Source of the DNA: Haliotis rubra
Lineage: Eukaryota
DNA: 64,000 nt
Direction of reading: 5' to 3'
Assembly (NCBI RefSeq): GCF_003918875.1
Contig: NW_025766996.1
Span: 496,001 to 560,000 of the forward strand
Both the position numbers and the translations under genes were made by a program. Numbering within the stretch: position 1 is the stretch's first letter; every line of letters starts with the position of its first letter. The notes beneath the pieces were generated by a model. That model searched no databases and had not been told where the DNA came from. It worked only from the letters and a program-made list of their open reading frames with translations. This document shows, in pieces, positions 61,109-64,000 of this stretch.

Positions 61109-64000
61109 GACCTAAATCAAGCTGCAGGTCGGTTTCCAAGTTTTCCCAAACTATCACCTCAGTTGGCACGCTTGTTGCTGGAAGCTGGATTGAAACCGTG
61201 CCAAGATGATCCTTTAAAATCATCTACAATACAAGAGACGCGTTCAACAGCATCAACAACGGTGGACAGCAGTGGGCATATGACGTTAAGTCACGACGTT
61301 GGCACGACGTCGACGGCACATCCTGGATCAGACGTTTCCCAGAATCTTGATGCAACTACTCCCGCAAGCCCACTTTCTTCAAATGAGACTGCTGCTTCTT
61401 TAGCATCTTCATCAACAACATCGACGTCTTCTTCATCTTCAACAGTGACGTCTCGGAATGCCTCTAAAAGTGAAACGCTGGCTGTCGCGGGTGACCCAGG
61501 GAATCAAACTGCTGACGAGGCATCAACAACCGTATCGAGTACTGGAGGAAGGACGACCATCGTCACTGATACCACAAGGTACCTGACAAATCAGCAAATA
61601 AATGATTTAATGCCAGAAGCTGTAAATACAGTTAATGTTACAGTACCAGAGGCAAACCTTACTCAGGGACCATCGACACTTAAACCATTTCAAAATGAAA
61701 TGACAGTCGCACCTGCAGCGACTGAAGGAGCACAGGGACAAACGACTCAGACAGTTGCCTTTCTAAAGGACCAGGCATCATGGGAAATGGCTAAAAACAC
61801 TCTCCATCACAAAACGTCATCTGATTCAACATCTAATCACCTTTACACAAGCCAAACGGGGTCATTGAAAGACAGTATAAAGCAGTTGATTAGTGGCTTG
61901 TTTAGTTATGAAAACACTGTTGGGGCTAATCAGAACAGTCTTAAAGCGGTGTCAGAAGGACAATACAACTTGACAGATCTGGAGTTAGCACAGGCTCCAG
62001 TCCCAGTGAATAGTTCCACAGACATCATAATTCTAGGAACACCAGGAGCAACTGATGCAACACAAGGCCAAACAGCAGGAACACCTGATGCCGCTCAAGG
62101 CCAAACAGCAGGAACACCTGATACAGCTCAAGGCCAAACAGCAGGAGCAACGTCTGCAACACAAGGCCAAACAGCAGGAACAACTGATGCAACACAAGGC
62201 CAAACAGCAGGAACAAGTGATACAGCTCAAGGCCAAACAGCAGGAACAACTGATGCAACACAAGGCCAAACAGCAGGAACACCTGATACAGCTCAAGGCC
62301 AAACAGCAGGAACAACTGATGCAACACAAGGCCAAACAGAAAGAACAAGTGATGCACCTCAGGGCGAAACTTCAGGAGCAACTGCCACAGTGCAAGACAC
62401 AACATCAGGAACTACCGTTGCATCTCAGAACGTAACAACAGTAGATTCCAGTGCCCCTGAAAAAGAAACCACTCAAGGTCAAACACCATCAACAGTACCT
62501 GCAAACCACGAAGAAATAACTGTCACACCCCATGCACCTGAAATCGAAACAGAAGCGTCATCAACACCTAATGGCAAAACAACAGAAGGATCCAATGTGC
62601 TTGAAGCCAAAACAACACCAAACGCACCTAAAGGTGAAACCACACTGGAGCCCACTGCGTATCAGGAGGTAACCTCTCTCGAACAAAAGCAAACAACAGT
62701 GCCACATGCAAGTAAAAGCGCAGAACCACTGACAACTCTATCTGGAGGTGAAACAACAGGTACCGCACCTGCCACCCAAACCACAGCCACTCCGGCCTCC
62801 CAGGTCCATATCCCTAATCAGCCCGCCTCCTCAACTACGATGGCCAGGGTGTCCAATGCTAATACAGCAAATAAGTTTGAAAACATGACGTTAGAAAGAG
62901 CTCGGGCAGTTTTGTCAGGTAGTGTTGAAACCTGTCCATACGAGCTAGTCCTTGCTGTTTTGAAACTAGACGAATATAACGCTTCATCGGCCGAGTCAGG
63001 TACCAGTGGACACTCAAAAAAGACTAACGAAACTGAAACCGTTGCAGCGCAAGACAAATCGTCAAACACAACCGATGCTGCTCTATGCGAATCGTCAAGC
63101 ACAACCGTTGCTACAGAAGGGGAATCGTCAAGCACAACCGTTGCTACAGAAGGAGAAACGTCAAGCACAACCGTTGCAACCCTAGGCGAATCGCCAAGCA
63201 CAACCGTTGCTACAGAAGGAGAAACGTCAAGCACAACCGTTGCAGCTCAAGGTGAATCGCCAAGCACAACCGTTGCTACTAAAGGCGTATCTTCAAGCAC
63301 AACCGTTGCGACCCAAGGCGAAACGTCAAGCACAACCGTTGCTACAGAAGGAGAAACGTCAAGCACAACCGTTGCTACCCAAAGCGAAACGTCAAGCACA
63401 ACCAATGCTACACAAGGCGAAACGTTAAGCACAACCGTTGCAGCCCTAGGCGAATCGCCAAGCGCAACCGTTGCTGCTAAAGGCGTATCTTCAAGCACAA
63501 CCGTTGCTACCCAAGGCGAAACGTCAAGCACAACCAATGTTACACAAGGCGAAACGTCAAGCACAACCGTTGCAGCCCTAGGCGAATCGCCAAGCACAAC
63601 CGTTGCTACTAAAGGCGTATCTTCAAGCACAACCGTTGCGACCCAAGGCGAAACGTCAAGCACACCCAATGCTACACAAGGCGAAACGTCAAGCACAACC
63701 GTTGCAGCTTCCCAACCCGTTTCTTCTGTGACATCAGCACAAACGACATCATCACCACCAGTTATAACCAATGCTACCCAAGGTGAAATATCAAGCACAA
63801 CCACGACAGCTCTCGATTTCCACCCTTCTGAGGCATCAGGAACAACGACATCTTCAGCACCAGGCACACCGACTGCTACTCAAAATGAAAAGTCAAGTAC
63901 AACCATTCCTTCTGAGACATCTTCACTGTCAGACAAAACCACTACTGCCCATGACCAAACCACAACCGCACCTTCTGCACCAGCTGAAATAACAGGTGCA
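61109..64000 (+). CDS. Internal exon C3 (>=964 codons, runs off window): two helix-Cys motifs, 11-aa GQTAGTTDATQ and STTVATQGETS repeats, many N-x-S/T sequons
   Basis: TTTTACAACTGTAG acceptor, then phase-0 GAC CTA AAT CAA (DLNQAAGRFPSFPKLSPQLARLLLEAGLKPC...). The frame appears open to the window end on manual translation, which would explain its absence from the ORF track. Confidence 0.85.

Noticed and set aside
51364-63992. Poly-Gln, AAVVS and LLFGL ORFs on both strands
   Set aside because: Shadows of the ADTTAAPT, GQTAGTTDATQ and STTVATQGETS repeats; the real frame is fixed by splice phases.

Overview
Eukaryotic (metazoan) genomic DNA. The SINE repertoire suggests a gastropod mollusc such as abalone, which is an inference from recalled repeat families. 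Bases 1-18,600 are almost entirely decayed TEs: L2/Crack-type and L1/Tx1-type LINE fragments, a dead Tc1/mariner element, MITE/foldback elements, tRNA-derived and headless SINEs, and mini/microsatellites. Bases 18,700-64,000 hold a + strand locus for very large secreted, low-complexity (mucin/matrix-like) proteins that the ORF track fragments. There are three separate ATG + signal-peptide exons: V1 18702-19211, V2 25485-29813 and V3 36300-47728. Each ends at a phase-0 GT donor, and V1 and V2 have no visible downstream exons of their own. Three phase-compatible internal exons follow: 49717-49789, 51336-56134 and 61109 to beyond the window end. The best reading is a 'variable first exon / shared constant exons' gene, analogous in layout to clustered protocadherins or UGT1A, that swaps very different repetitive N-terminal blocks onto one Thr-rich backbone carrying a thrice-repeated helix-Cys motif. 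The splicing itself is inferred, not observed. Several 1-bp indels in homopolymers and two garbled repeat patches look like assembly errors. A 200-N gap lies between V1 and V2.
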